A stretch of 64,000 bases of DNA from Candidatus Poribacteria bacterium (GCA_965197475.1 CBDANF010000003.1:352001-416000), one strand, 5' to 3'; counted from the first letter of the stretch, positions 40,668-51,735 are shown. Notes: generated by a model from the sequence alone, not told the origin. Translations and numbers: made by a program.

Positions 40668-41111
40668 ATGAAAAAGAAGGTTTTACTCCTTGCGATCTGT
40701 TTTCTAATCGTAAGTACTAACGCATTCGCAGAACTCACACAATCCGATCTTGATAATATAGACAAACTTATTAAGGCATCTGAAACTCGGATTAAGGAAT
40801 ATGTCGATTTAAAAATCAACGCTTTAGATGTCAAGTTAACCGGTCAAATCAAGGCTTTAGACGAAAGGTTAAGCGGTCAAATAGAGGCTGTAGGTGAACG
40901 GATCAATGGCGTAGGTGGACGATTGACACAAATATATGGGTTTGTGATTGCATTGGTTGCTTTGATTGCTGTGGCTGTAGCGTTGCCACAAATCCTTGTA
41001 GCAAGACAAGGAAAAGAGATGCTGCGCACACAAAACCAACGAATTGAGACGTTGCAACAAGAGATAGAAAAACTTAAACAGGAACGTATTGACAAAGATC
41101 TTAAAATGTAA
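40668..41111 (+). CDS. Hypothetical protein: signal peptide, coiled coil, TM helix, coiled coil
   Basis: N-terminal signal ending AFA; heptad repeats INALDVKLTGQIKALDERLSGQIEAV; hydrophobic FVIALVALIAVAVALP. Confidence 0.7.
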   Translation: MKKKVLLLAICFLIVSTNAFAELTQSDLDNIDKLIKASETRIKEYVDLKINALDVKLTGQIKALDERLSGQIEAVGERINGVGGRLTQIYGFVIALVALIAVAVALPQILVARQGKEMLRTQNQRIETLQQEIEKLKQERIDKDLKM

Positions 41112-41232
41112 AAACTTCCTATGAAATGGCATAACATAACCCAAGTTACTACCCGTAGAATACCACACGCAGAATTCAAAACGCGTATTCTACCCTTTCT
41201 GTTCAATTTGTGTAGGCACTAAAGAATTTAGG

Positions 41233-41427
41233 ATGTTTCTCATGAAAAATATAAAGTATTTAGGCAAAGTGGTACTGATTATTCTGGGCGTAGTTTGGTT
41301 GGGATGCTCTTTTAGTGGGTGTTCGCATAATACTCCTTTACTGTTTACCATTTTGATACTACTGTGTGTAAACACAGTGCTTTTGGTATTTTGTTTATAC
41401 TTACTTATCAAGATAATTTTGAGATAA
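41233..41427 (+). CDS. Small hydrophobic membrane protein (hypothetical)
   Basis: Two hydrophobic segments; no recognised family. Confidence 0.35.
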   Translation: MFLMKNIKYLGKVVLIILGVVWLGCSFSGCSHNTPLLFTILILLCVNTVLLVFCLYLLIKIILR

Positions 41428-41582
41428 CTGAAATAACGCTGTAGCGTGATTCTTATGTTAGGGAATCATATCTCTACAGAATGAACATTCAGAACTGAAC
41501 CGTATTTTTCACATGATAACCAAATTGAAAGAGCAAAGCGTGTTAGACTAAAAATCATAAACGAATAAATCGGAGGAATTAA

Positions 41583-42257
41583 ATGAATTTCAAACAGAAA
41601 ATCGCATATATGGCAATCGGGTGTCTATTCACATTAGCAGGTTATTTCCTTGCTACACTGGGATCAGGAGGGTTTAACCCACAAAATGCATCCGCACAAG
41701 CACCCACTCAACGAAGGTCACCTTTCACAACACCTGAGGTTAACCCACAAAATGCATCCGAACCAGCGAGTGACGGAAAGGCAATTAATGAAATTATTCT
41801 GTGTAGAAAATTGATGATAGTCAATGCTAAGGGTAAACCAGTTGCCGTTTTGGGCGATAGGGGTGAAGGAGGCGGCGCATTGTCTATCTATAACAAAGCG
41901 GGTAAAATGGTCGCTAAACTGGATAGTACTGATGGAAACGGTATGGTATCCATTTTAAACAAAGAAGGTCTACCTGTTGGATTCATGGGAGTAGATGATA
42001 GAGGACTCGGTATAATGGGCACCATGAATAAAGCAGGAAATATAGTTGCGAAATTGCAAGTAGGCAAAAATGGAAACGGCGGGTTGACCATTGCCAACAA
42101 AGAAGAGATACCAATTGCTATCATAATTGCAGACAGAAATGACAACGGTTCCCTAGTCATCACTAACAAAGAAGGGAAAGCCGTTGCTGGATTGGCCGTT
42201 ACCGACAAAGGCGGTAGACTGGGTAGTTTTTACGAAGGAAAGTGGAGATATTACTAA
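41583..42257 (+). CDS. Exported hypothetical protein with ~23-aa Gly-rich beta-hairpin repeats
   Basis: GGAGG RBS; N-terminal TM; six NKxG-type repeats. Confidence 0.75.
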   Translation: MNFKQKIAYMAIGCLFTLAGYFLATLGSGGFNPQNASAQAPTQRRSPFTTPEVNPQNASEPASDGKAINEIILCRKLMIVNAKGKPVAVLGDRGEGGGALSIYNKAGKMVAKLDSTDGNGMVSILNKEGLPVGFMGVDDRGLGIMGTMNKAGNIVAKLQVGKNGNGGLTIANKEEIPIAIIIADRNDNGSLVITNKEGKAVAGLAVTDKGGRLGSFYEGKWRYY

Positions 42258-42302
42258 CCAATTAAAAATGAATTCATAATTATGTATTAGAGGAGGAGAA
42301 AA

Positions 42303-42713
42303 ATGGCTGGATATATCAAAATCTATTGTATTGGAAATGAGACTTATGATGGCATTAACCCAATTTTTTATCAAATTTTAGTTGGAACTTCAGACCGAAT
42401 GTGGTTAGAACCGCATTATTTTGACAAGAGTTTTAGTCCCCTTGGAAAAGTTAAAGTTATTGTTCCTCCAAGCCCTAACCATCCAGATATTCTTCTTGAT
42501 GCATGTATTGCATTTAGTCCAAAGTTCTTTGAGTCATGTCCATCACTTGGTAAAGTCGCTCAAGTGCTTGCTGATGCAGAACGGATTGACTTTCACATGA
42601 AGGGTGAGCCAGTTGGTTGGGCGGAACTTCGAGAAGAATCACGCCCTTTATTCAAAGAAATGACAATTTTTGAAGCAGAACTCAGAAAAAATCAGGGACC
42701 CAGTGTATGGTAA
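42303..42713 (+). CDS. Hypothetical protein
   Basis: Strong AGGAGG RBS; 136 aa; no recognised motif. Confidence 0.7.
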   Translation: MAGYIKIYCIGNETYDGINPIFYQILVGTSDRMWLEPHYFDKSFSPLGKVKVIVPPSPNHPDILLDACIAFSPKFFESCPSLGKVAQVLADAERIDFHMKGEPVGWAELREESRPLFKEMTIFEAELRKNQGPSVW

Positions 42714-42877
42714 GATAGCTGGGTAGAATTAAAAACCACAATTTTTTGAAAAAGGATGCTCGTTGATTAACTAAATAGAATGTTTACGATGAATTGAGTT
42801 ACATGCCTACAGCTAGAAACATGTTAAGTATATTTCTACAACCGTTTTATGGGATGTATTATAGAAATGGAGGAATA

Positions 42878-43201
42878 ATGATTATTTGGGGTTCTGGAGG
42901 GAAGGTGGTTAACTGTGGTTCTGCAGGTTCACGTTACTGTGAAGTTTGTGAAAGAGAACGACAGTTCAACCTAATTTTACAATATAGGTATTGGGGTTTA
43001 TATTGGATATTTAACTTCATAACAGAAAAACAATACCTCCTGTTATGTGATATATGTAGCAGAGGTTGGGAGCTGAATAACGAAGAAGTCGAGTCAGATT
43101 TGGAAAGAGTCCCTATTCCTTTTATGCGGCGTTATGGGTGCCTCACCTTAATAGGTGGGATTGCTGCAATTGGGATTATTGGTTCTATTGGTGGATGTTG
43201 A
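42878..43201 (+). CDS. Zinc-ribbon domain membrane protein (zinc_ribbon_15-like)
   Basis: MIIWG, CEVC...CDIC, C-terminal TM; GGAGG RBS before 42878. Confidence 0.75.
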   Translation: MIIWGSGGKVVNCGSAGSRYCEVCERERQFNLILQYRYWGLYWIFNFITEKQYLLLCDICSRGWELNNEEVESDLERVPIPFMRRYGCLTLIGGIAAIGIIGSIGGC

Positions 43202-43319
43202 TTATAAATTTTATTGACAAGTAAAGTTAAGAATCTAACACCAAAGATTGCGAACTACCCAAAACCGATGCCCAACTATCAAAATATTCGCTTGTCATTA
43301 ATTACTGAGGGGTAAAATC

Positions 43320-44369
43320 ATGTATGAAATTAAGATTATTACTTTAGGCATATTTTTATTAAGTTGTGTGGTACTTCAGACTGCTATGGGTGATATCGTG
43401 ACAAAAACGCAAGTTACTACTTTTTTAGAGGCAAACTCAGAATATCCGCTAGCTGAAGAGATACATCCAAAAGCATTAGATAAACTTGTTGAACTCTATA
43501 GGGGGAGTTCAATTGAGTCTGGAGATATTGCAAGATATGGAAAGTATTTGAGTGGATTTCAAAATCTTAAATCTGTTTTCTATGAGATTGTAGGAATGGT
43601 AAAGCTTTCAGATTCTGCGATATTAGTAGGAGAGTATTTTATTTTATCTTACGGAACTGACCCGTTACAAAAGTACGGCAGGCATTTACACTCATTGGAT
43701 GTAGATCAGAGGTCAAAGATAGACACAATAGTCTGGAATAAGAAATTGACAGGTGCCAATCGTCGTAGCAATGTGAAGAAATACTTGCGAGAGTTACGAT
43801 TATTTAATAACGAATCTGATCTACAGACCTTTGTTGATAATCTTTTTATTGCTTATATTCATTCACATCTTTGGGTTGAGGAAAAGAAGGAGAGGTTAGG
43901 TAACTCTCTGATTACTAGCCACGACTATTTTCGAGGGAACCTTAGATTAACCAATACACTTTCTTTTTTTCCACATGAGAAAACCAAGTTTGTTTCTGCT
44001 TTTAGAGAATTAGAAAACCAGGGGTTTATTGAAATCATGGACGCTCAGGATCCTGCAGCGCGGAATGGTATTCAACATACTCTCGCTAGAATGCCTCTAA
44101 GGAATGGTGAGATCGTAATTATACCTGTTCTTACATTGCTTTCACCCATCAGACATGGTCTGAAAGCAAAGAAGGATCTCCAATTTTTACGCATTATTTA
44201 TCCACATTTCAAAGAAGGTGTCCGTACAAAGAATTGGAAAAATTTCGCAACCAAGATGGAACAACGCGGACATAGAGACCTTATCAATAAAGCGCAGCGA
44301 GTGGCATATATCAGATTTTTGCCCCCATGGCCGATTCCAGTTTCAAACAAAGTTAACCGAGGACATTAA
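43320..44369 (+). CDS. Exported hypothetical protein
   Basis: GAGGGG RBS, signal-peptide-like N-terminus, 349 aa. Confidence 0.7.
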   Translation: MYEIKIITLGIFLLSCVVLQTAMGDIVTKTQVTTFLEANSEYPLAEEIHPKALDKLVELYRGSSIESGDIARYGKYLSGFQNLKSVFYEIVGMVKLSDSAILVGEYFILSYGTDPLQKYGRHLHSLDVDQRSKIDTIVWNKKLTGANRRSNVKKYLRELRLFNNESDLQTFVDNLFIAYIHSHLWVEEKKERLGNSLITSHDYFRGNLRLTNTLSFFPHEKTKFVSAFRELENQGFIEIMDAQDPAARNGIQHTLARMPLRNGEIVIIPVLTLLSPIRHGLKAKKDLQFLRIIYPHFKEGVRTKNWKNFATKMEQRGHRDLINKAQRVAYIRFLPPWPIPVSNKVNRGH

Positions 44370-44444
44370 TCTGCAAGAGATTTTACTAAGTTTGAACAGT
44401 TTTTAGAATTGTTAGTTGCTTTGGAAATAAGGTAAGAACTTAAC

Positions 44445-46487
44445 ATGCACTACACATCACAACAAAATGATTGGTTAGTCCAACCCTATAGCCAACCCGC
44501 TACAGTAGAAGAAACGGACAATCAGCTTATTCTCGATAATGGACTCATTCAGCGAAGGTTCGTCACCGCACCGAATTTCGCAACAGTCGATTATACCAAT
44601 CTACTTACCGAGAAAAGTCTGCTGCGTGGCATCAAACCAGAGGCAGTCCTGACGATTGACGGACACGAATTTGAGATAGGCGGCTTGAAAGGACAGCCCG
44701 ACTACGCTTATCTTGATGAGGAGTGGATAGCAGACTTGACCAGTGACCAGAACGCGTTTCAATTTCGCGAATATCGTATCGGCAAACCCGAATGTCCCTA
44801 CCCGTGGGTAGACAGACGTTCTACGACATCATCAGTCCATCCGCCAGAGGGTGTGACACTGACGGTTGCGTTTTCACCGCCGCCATCCGTTGACTCCCTT
44901 CAGGTTTGTGTGCATTATGAACTATACCAAGGCATCCCGGTACTATCCAAGTGGGTCACTATTCGCAATGAGGGTCAAAAACCGATTCAGCTTGATGCCT
45001 TAAGCTGTGAAATCCTTGCGGTCAACGAGCAGGAAAAACATCGGCTACATGTTGAGAGTGATTATGCCTTCAGTGGAATGCAAACGACACAGTGGGGTCC
45101 AGATGAGGATTACAAGACGCAAGTCGATTATCGCTATCAGATGCCACTGTTGATGACAAGTAGTTATCCACTCGGTCCAGGGATACCGCTTCAACCGGGA
45201 GAGACTTTCAAGAGTTTTCGCACCTTTGAAATACTGCATGATAGTGATGTGCGTGAACGAAAGGGACTTGCACGCCGCAAGATGTATCGCACGGTCGCGC
45301 CACAGGTCACTGAGAATCCAATTTTTATGCATGTTCGGAGTGCCGATCCGGACGCGGTCTGTTTGGCGATTGATCAGTGTGAAGAAGTCGGTTTTGAAAT
45401 GGTGATTATGACCTTTGGCAGTGGATTCAATATTGAGAGCGAAGACCCGGAATACATCACCAAAATGAAGGGATTGGCAGATTATGCACATAGTAAAGGT
45501 ATTCGGATTGGTGGGTATACGCTGATGTGTGCTTCACGGGGTGTGGGAGAAGAGTTCAACTGTATTGACCCAGACACAGGAAAACCCGGTAGCAAGTTTG
45601 GACAGAGTGCTTGTCTTGCGAGCAAATGGGGAGATGGTTATGTCCAGCGAGTCCTGAATTTCATGGATGCAACCGGAATGGATATTATTGAGACTGATGG
45701 TCCTTATCATGGTGATGTCTGTGCTTCAACGACGCACGAGCACCATAGCAGCTTGGCAGATTCGCAGTTGCGTCAGTGGGAAGCGTGCGTGCATTTTTAC
45801 CACGAATGCCGAGCACGCGGTATCCATATCAATTCACCAGATTGGTATTACCTCAACGGTTCAAACAAATGCGGTATGGGCTATCGCGAAACGAATTTCA
45901 GTTTGCCCCGCGAACGGCAAATTCTAATTTCCCGACAGAATATCTACGATGGAACTTATGAAAAGACACCGAGTATGGGTTGGATGTTTGTACCGTTGGT
46001 AGAATATCACGGTGGCGGACAAGCCGCAACTTATGAGCCGCTTTGCGACCACCTTGATGACTACGAATCACATTTAGCACAGAACTTCGGCAGTGGTGTG
46101 ATTGCGTGCTATCGCGGTCCCCGGCTTTTTGATACTGAACAGACGAAAGCTGTCGTTAAGAAATGGGTTGACTTCTACAAAAAGTATCGCCAAATATTGG
46201 ATTCTGACCTGATTCATGTGCTACGCCCAGATGGACGTTCTATTGATTGTGTGCTCCACGCAAACGCCCAAATCAAACCATGTGGATTAGCAATGCTCTA
46301 TAATCCTACACGGACGGAGCAACAGATCACTTTGAAATTACCGCTCTATTATACTGGATTGTCTGAAACTGCCAAGATTCGTGAAAAAGAAAAAGAACCC
46401 AAACTGTTCAAAATCGACAGGAATTACAACGTTGAGATTCCAATTAAGATGGAGGCGAAAAGCATTAGCTATCTCGTTATTGAATAA
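44445..46487 (+). CDS. Alpha-galactosidase-like glycoside hydrolase (GH36/clan D)
   Basis: VGFEMVIMTFGSG, ADYAHSKGIRIGGY, CLAS.WGD, ETDGPYHG. Confidence 0.65.
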   Translation: MHYTSQQNDWLVQPYSQPATVEETDNQLILDNGLIQRRFVTAPNFATVDYTNLLTEKSLLRGIKPEAVLTIDGHEFEIGGLKGQPDYAYLDEEWIADLTSDQNAFQFREYRIGKPECPYPWVDRRSTTSSVHPPEGVTLTVAFSPPPSVDSLQVCVHYELYQGIPVLSKWVTIRNEGQKPIQLDALSCEILAVNEQEKHRLHVESDYAFSGMQTTQWGPDEDYKTQVDYRYQMPLLMTSSYPLGPGIPLQPGETFKSFRTFEILHDSDVRERKGLARRKMYRTVAPQVTENPIFMHVRSADPDAVCLAIDQCEEVGFEMVIMTFGSGFNIESEDPEYITKMKGLADYAHSKGIRIGGYTLMCASRGVGEEFNCIDPDTGKPGSKFGQSACLASKWGDGYVQRVLNFMDATGMDIIETDGPYHGDVCASTTHEHHSSLADSQLRQWEACVHFYHECRARGIHINSPDWYYLNGSNKCGMGYRETNFSLPRERQILISRQNIYDGTYEKTPSMGWMFVPLVEYHGGGQAATYEPLCDHLDDYESHLAQNFGSGVIACYRGPRLFDTEQTKAVVKKWVDFYKKYRQILDSDLIHVLRPDGRSIDCVLHANAQIKPCGLAMLYNPTRTEQQITLKLPLYYTGLSETAKIREKEKEPKLFKIDRNYNVEIPIKMEAKSISYLVIE

Positions 46488-46492
46488 GGAAT

Positions 46493-46590
46493 AGGACTTA
46501 CGCAGCTGGTTCATAAGTCCCCTTGATAAGGGGATTTAGGGGTTAAAAATCAAAAAACCTCACACTACGTGCTAAATTTGCGTAAGTCCT
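46493..46590. mobile_element. MITE with 12-bp TIRs AGGACTTACGCA; carries a TCCCC-TTGATAA-GGGGA palindrome
   Basis: AGGACTTACGCA ... TGCGTAAGTCCT; occupies nearly the whole spacer before sucD. Confidence 0.75.
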
Positions 46591-46597
46591 GAAGAAT

Positions 46598-47470
46598 ATG
46601 AGCATACTCGTAAACAAAAACACAAAAGTAATTGTTCAAGGTATAACAGGACGTTCTGGACGTTTTCACACAGAACATTGTGCGGATTACGGTACGCAAA
46701 TTGTTGCCGGTGCAGTTCCCGGTAGAGGCGGAACTGATGTGAACGGCATCCCTGTATTTGACACCGTGGCAGAGGGAGTTGCTGAGACAGGAGCAGATAC
46801 CTCTCTTATTTTCGTTCCTGCACGCTTCAACGCCGCCGACTCAATTATGGAAGCCGCTGATGCTGGTATTGAACTGATCATCTGCATTTCAGAACATATC
46901 CCTGTCCTTGATATGGTAAAGGCGAAAGCGTTCCTTCATGGCAAACAGACACGCTTAATCGGTCCGAACTGTCCGGGTATCATTACCCCCGGCGAATGTA
47001 AAATCGGAGTAATGCCTGCGTTTGCCTATTCTCCCGGTAATGTCGGTATCGTCTCACGAAGTGGTACGCTAACCTATGAAGCCGCGTATCAATTGAAGCA
47101 ACTCGGCATTGGACAATCCACCTGCGTAGGTATCGGTGGCGACCCAGTAATCGGGACAAGCTTCGTTGATGTTCTCAAACTGTTTGAGGAAGATAATGAA
47201 ACGCATGCAGTTGTCTTAATCGGAGAAATCGGTGGCACAGCTGAGGAAAAAGCTGCACAGTTCGTTAAGAACGAAATGACGAAACCCGTGGTCGGTTTTA
47301 TCGCCGGACAGACTGCGCCACCGGGCAAACGGATGGGACATGCAGGTGCAATTATCTCAGGTGGACAAGGCACAGCTGCAGATAAAATTAAATCACTCAA
47401 AGACGCTGGAATTGCTGTAGCAGACGACCTTACGACCATCGGAGAAACCGTGGCAGAGATCTTGGCTTAA
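46598..47470 (+). CDS. sucD: Succinate--CoA ligase alpha subunit
   Basis: [33 protein letters not shown]. Confidence 0.97.
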   Translation: MSILVNKNTKVIVQGITGRSGRFHTEHCADYGTQIVAGAVPGRGGTDVNGIPVFDTVAEGVAETGADTSLIFVPARFNAADSIMEAADAGIELIICISEHIPVLDMVKAKAFLHGKQTRLIGPNCPGIITPGECKIGVMPAFAYSPGNVGIVSRSGTLTYEAAYQLKQLGIGQSTCVGIGGDPVIGTSFVDVLKLFEEDNETHAVVLIGEIGGTAEEKAAQFVKNEMTKPVVGFIAGQTAPPGKRMGHAGAIISGGQGTAADKIKSLKDAGIAVADDLTTIGETVAEILA

Positions 47471-47497
47471 GCCGGATTTTTCATCTGGATTTAAACT

Positions 47498-48325
47498 ATG
47501 AAAAAAGACATCGTCTACCTCCACACTAAAAAACAGCAGCAACCCATCACCGTGCTGACATGCTACGATTACCCCACCGCTTGCATGCAGGACGAAGCAG
47601 GTATTGACATCGTGTTTGTTGGGGATAGTGTCGGCACAAATATTCTCGGCTATAAAAGCGAAATGGAAGTAACGATGGCAGATATGCTACATCACCTCAA
47701 GGCAGTCCGCCGCGGTGTAACAAATGCCTATCTCCTCGTTGATATGCCCTATGCCGCTGATCGGAATTTGAAGCAAGCCATTGCGAATGCAAATCTCTTT
47801 TTAGATGCTGGGGCTGATGGTGTTAAATTGGAAGGCGGAACAGAAAAAGTCCCCATTGTTACTGCACTTACTGAGCAGAGAATAGAGGTCTGTGCACACA
47901 TCGGACATAACCCACAAATTCACGGCACCAAAGCGGCGACGCACGGAAAAACATTCGCTAAAGCGAAGGAACTCATTGAAACAGCGTCAGCACTTGCAGA
48001 TGCGGGCGCAAAACTCATCGTTCTTGAGAAAATCACCGAAGAGGTAAGCCAAATCATAACGGATACGCTTGCCATTCCTACCATCGGCATCGGGGCAGGT
48101 AGGTTTTGCGATGGACAGGTGCTCGTTATCAACGATGTTTTAGGAATAGGCACCCCTTTCAAACACGCCAAACGTTATCAGGATTACAACCAACTTACCT
48201 TTGAAGCAATATCGCAATATAAACAAGAGGTAGAAAACGGCAGTTTTCCAACAGATGCCAACGTTGCCCACATCGCCGCTGATAAGTTGATACGCGTGCA
48301 GAAGTGGTTGGAGTCAGAACGTTAA
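47498..48325 (+). CDS. panB: 3-methyl-2-oxobutanoate hydroxymethyltransferase
   Basis: LTCYDY, VGDSVG, VDMPY, VKLEGG, PTIGIGAG..CDGQVLV. Confidence 0.93.
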   Translation: MKKDIVYLHTKKQQQPITVLTCYDYPTACMQDEAGIDIVFVGDSVGTNILGYKSEMEVTMADMLHHLKAVRRGVTNAYLLVDMPYAADRNLKQAIANANLFLDAGADGVKLEGGTEKVPIVTALTEQRIEVCAHIGHNPQIHGTKAATHGKTFAKAKELIETASALADAGAKLIVLEKITEEVSQIITDTLAIPTIGIGAGRFCDGQVLVINDVLGIGTPFKHAKRYQDYNQLTFEAISQYKQEVENGSFPTDANVAHIAADKLIRVQKWLESER

Positions 48326-51282
48326 TGTCCCTCTGCTTTTTCTCCTACATTGATACCTTTGAGGACTTCATCCCAATCCCACAAAAGAATTGTGCCGTCT
48401 TGTCCCGTACTCACAAGCGTTTTGCCATCGGGTGAGAACACCAACGTTTGCACTGGTGCTGTGTGTCCATCAAGTGTAGTGAGTTTGTCTCCTGTTTCCA
48501 TGTCCCATAACTCAATTCTATGATTATTAAGTCCAGCAACAAGGATGCGATTGTCTGGTGAAAACACAAACACTTCAACACCAAACGTTTTGGCACCCTG
48601 GGACACTTCCTTAAAAGCGATCTGTTCCTTAATCTCAATCAAACGGATTTGTTTATGAGTTGCGATAGCAAGCAAATTGCCATTTAGCGAGAATGCCAGT
48701 GTTTGAATAGATTCCTGATAATGGATGCCACTATTAGCTTTGCCTCTTAATACCGGTTCCTCTCCCGTAAAGAGAAGTGCTAACGGAACTCCAGTTTTCG
48801 CATCCCACATCTGCACTTTTCCGTCCATGGTTCCACTGACAAGTTTTTTGCCGTCTGGCGAAAAAACTAAAGCCCTGATTTTAGACTTAAACTTGCGATT
48901 ATTGTTCTGATATGAGAGGGATATTTTAGGGAGAGATATATCAGAAGTCTCACCTGTCTCTGTATTCCATAGACGAATCTTACCAGAAGCACCGAATGCC
49001 ACCGTTTTTCCATCAGGTGAAAAAGTCACGGATGAAAAAAATCCTTTTTTCGCAGCCAAAGTCTGCAATTCACGTCCCGTCCTAACATCACTCAGACGAA
49101 CCAGCGGCTCAGCCCACCTTATAGGGGCATGTGGAAAGGCTCTATTACCTTTTACACGAAAACTGACGAGCTTTGTCCCATCAGGCGAAAACGCTGAAAC
49201 CGATAAAAGTTGATATGTTTCTGGGTAGAAATCGGTTTTTTGTAATGCATTCGAACCTGTTTTTTGTGATGTTTTCACATCCCAAAGGCTAATTACCTCA
49301 TCATAAGCGATACTCGCAAGCGTGGTGTTATCTTTAAAGAAAGTTGCTGCTTCCACCTCCATTGTGTGTCCGGTGATGCGTGTGGGTAATAGATCCCCAT
49401 TTTTGATATTCCAAAATCGGACTGTGCCCATTGTAGTTCCACCGGCAAGTGTGCGATTATCTGGTGAAAACGTTAAAGCATTGATGCCGCCGGTATGACC
49501 TGTGAAAGTGGTGATAGACTCACCAGTGGCGATATCCCACAATTGCACTGTCTTATCTCTCCCTCCGCTTGCCAGCATTTTTCCATCCGATGAGAATGCT
49601 AACGCGTCGACCCACCTCGTGTGTTTGTCAAGGAGAATAGATTCCTTGCTGTTGATATCCCATAATTGTAATGGGACTATTTCATTATTATTTTTACCTG
49701 CACTCGCGAGACGGGTGCCATCAGGTGAAAATTCCAAGGCTAAAAGAGATATGTTTCCCTTGAGTGTAAACAGTATTTTTCTGGTTGTTGTGTCCCACAA
49801 CTCAATCCTGGTTCCTACGCCAATTGCAAATTTATCATGTGTGAGCGCATAGCATCCAGGATCATCGAACGTCCCTGTCTGTTCTTCAATACGCTTCCAC
49901 ATTCCTTTGCCGGTTTCAACATCCAGCAGGCTGAATGTGTCTCCCTCGTCACCCAAAGCAAAAAGTGTTTTGCCATCTGCAGAGAACCGCAATACTGAGG
50001 CATGCGGAAAAAAACGAGTGAGTTGCATTTTCTGACCGGTAGCTACTTCCCACAACTGGAGTCCCACTGCGTACAACCGGGGTCCCTTTCTGCGATAACT
50101 GCCAATACTGCCTGCAAGGAAGCGTCCGTCTGGAGAAAATGCGATGGATTCGTACTTACCGGGAAACATGGATACTTCTTTACCCGTTTTCGCATCATAA
50201 AGCCACAAACCGATATCGCTGCCTACTGCAAGCAGCTTCCCATTCGGTGAGAATTGTAGCACATTAATCCCGCCTTTTCCCAAGCGTGCCTTTGCCTCTT
50301 TTGGCAATTCCCATTTTGTCCAATCTTTCACAATTTCATCTCCTTGTGCCTCTGTAATTGCTTCAGGAGCATCATTAGGTTGCTGTTCTGGGTTATTAAG
50401 CTTACCCAGTGCACTCACGTTTCCTATTTGCATTCGTACATCTGGTTTAGATTCCAAATTCACGACTATAGGTGCATCAATAATATCAATCGTCATCTCC
50501 GAGTTAGCATCAAAATTATAGGGATCCTGAAAACGAGTCAAGTATTTGCTATTTCCAAAACCGAGCATGAGCAACACCACTGCTAATGTAGAAGCAGCAA
50601 TCGCCCACGGCACTAACGGTCTACTGCCAGATGGCGCGTCAGGTTTGATACGTGCAATCTCACGCATAATAGTATCAGTGAGATTCGGGGAAATTTGGAA
50701 ATTGTCTAATGCCTCTCTTATCATTGGTTCCTCCTTTTTCAAACGCTGCTGTGCGCGACGAAGCCGACTCTTAACCGTATTTGCAGATACACCTAAAAAC
50801 GTACCTATCTCTGTGCACGACATCTCTCCGAAGTAATGGAGTGTCATAACAGTGCGTTCACTCTCCTCAAGCTTCGCAAGCAGTTTTTTGACGACATCGC
50901 GTTGTGCTTGTCCAGATATGCGCTTGTTTTCTTCAACGACAAATTCGGAGTACGCGGCTTTTTCTAATTGCTCCTTGTCTGCCTGCTCCAGATGCTCCAA
51001 CGACTGTGTCCACAAACGCTTTTTACGCAGCCAGGAGCTGCAGCGGTTCGCTGCAATCACATAAAGCCAACCCACGAAACGCTGAGGTTCCTTCAGGGTT
51101 GTCAATCGCTTGTATGCTTTCAGGAATGTATCCTGCGTAATCTCTTCAGCGATATGAAAATCTCCGATTTTCCGCCACGCAAGCGCGTGAACCTGTTTTT
51201 GATACTTTTCCACAAGCTCCGCGAAAGCGGTATCATCACCTGAGAGAACGCGTTGAATAAGCTTAACATCGTCGTTTTTCAT
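48322..51282 (-). CDS. ECF sigma-70 factor with TM helix and C-terminal WD40 propellers (copy 1)
   Basis: Sigma2 AEEITQDTFLKAY..F.GWLY.IA.N; sigma4 EIGTFLGVSANTVKSRL; TM PWAIAASTLAVVLLMLGFG; many FSPDG..WD repeats; GGAGG RBS before the ATG at 51282. Confidence 0.9.
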   Translation of the reverse strand: MKNDDVKLIQRVLSGDDTAFAELVEKYQKQVHALAWRKIGDFHIAEEITQDTFLKAYKRLTTLKEPQRFVGWLYVIAANRCSSWLRKKRLWTQSLEHLEQADKEQLEKAAYSEFVVEENKRISGQAQRDVVKKLLAKLEESERTVMTLHYFGEMSCTEIGTFLGVSANTVKSRLRRAQQRLKKEEPMIREALDNFQISPNLTDTIMREIARIKPDAPSGSRPLVPWAIAASTLAVVLLMLGFGNSKYLTRFQDPYNFDANSEMTIDIIDAPIVVNLESKPDVRMQIGNVSALGKLNNPEQQPNDAPEAITEAQGDEIVKDWTKWELPKEAKARLGKGGINVLQFSPNGKLLAVGSDIGLWLYDAKTGKEVSMFPGKYESIAFSPDGRFLAGSIGSYRRKGPRLYAVGLQLWEVATGQKMQLTRFFPHASVLRFSADGKTLFALGDEGDTFSLLDVETGKGMWKRIEEQTGTFDDPGCYALTHDKFAIGVGTRIELWDTTTRKILFTLKGNISLLALEFSPDGTRLASAGKNNNEIVPLQLWDINSKESILLDKHTRWVDALAFSSDGKMLASGGRDKTVQLWDIATGESITTFTGHTGGINALTFSPDNRTLAGGTTMGTVRFWNIKNGDLLPTRITGHTMEVEAATFFKDNTTLASIAYDEVISLWDVKTSQKTGSNALQKTDFYPETYQLLSVSAFSPDGTKLVSFRVKGNRAFPHAPIRWAEPLVRLSDVRTGRELQTLAAKKGFFSSVTFSPDGKTVAFGASGKIRLWNTETGETSDISLPKISLSYQNNNRKFKSKIRALVFSPDGKKLVSGTMDGKVQMWDAKTGVPLALLFTGEEPVLRGKANSGIHYQESIQTLAFSLNGNLLAIATHKQIRLIEIKEQIAFKEVSQGAKTFGVEVFVFSPDNRILVAGLNNHRIELWDMETGDKLTTLDGHTAPVQTLVFSPDGKTLVSTGQDGTILLWDWDEVLKGINVGEKAEGH

Positions 51283-51332
51283 TTGTGCACCTCCGGAAGA
51301 AATGGTTGCATCACACTCTGGGCTTATAAATT

Positions 51333-51361
51333 GTGACGCTACTTTGGAGTGCAATGGGTGC
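51333..51361 (-). promoter_or_regulatory. Putative ECF promoter GCACCC-N17-CGTCAC (copy 1)
   Basis: Boxes and spacer length are conserved before all three sigma genes while the spacer sequence differs. Confidence 0.55.
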
Positions 51362-51735
51362 ATAATTCTGCAAATATAGAAGTGTGTTTAGATAAGAGAG
51401 TAAGAGATTTATTTTACAGATATGAAATCTAAGAGAAATTATAGCGGACTCTATCAAAATATCGTCCGTTAACTGATTATAATTCCTCTGTTAGTAGAAT
51501 TATACCATAAATCTGGTTTCTGGGAGGGATTTTCTAAAAAAATAGATTTCTTGGAAAGTTCGATCCGGATTTACGTAAAGTTTGGTTACACGTTATCCTT
51601 TTGAGATGCATAGCGCGCAAGGTGACATGACAAATTGTGCAAGCCTATTTCTTACACTGCCAGTTTTTATGTGAGGTAACAATATTCAAATGTTTAAACG
51701 GTGGGTCTTCTAACTGCCTAAATACCTTTATTCTC

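Noticed and set aside
51283-51363. 27-aa N-terminal extension of sigma-WD40 copy 1 given by the ORF track
   Set aside because: The paralogs start at MKN, a GGAGG RBS precedes 51282, and the extension overlaps the putative promoter.
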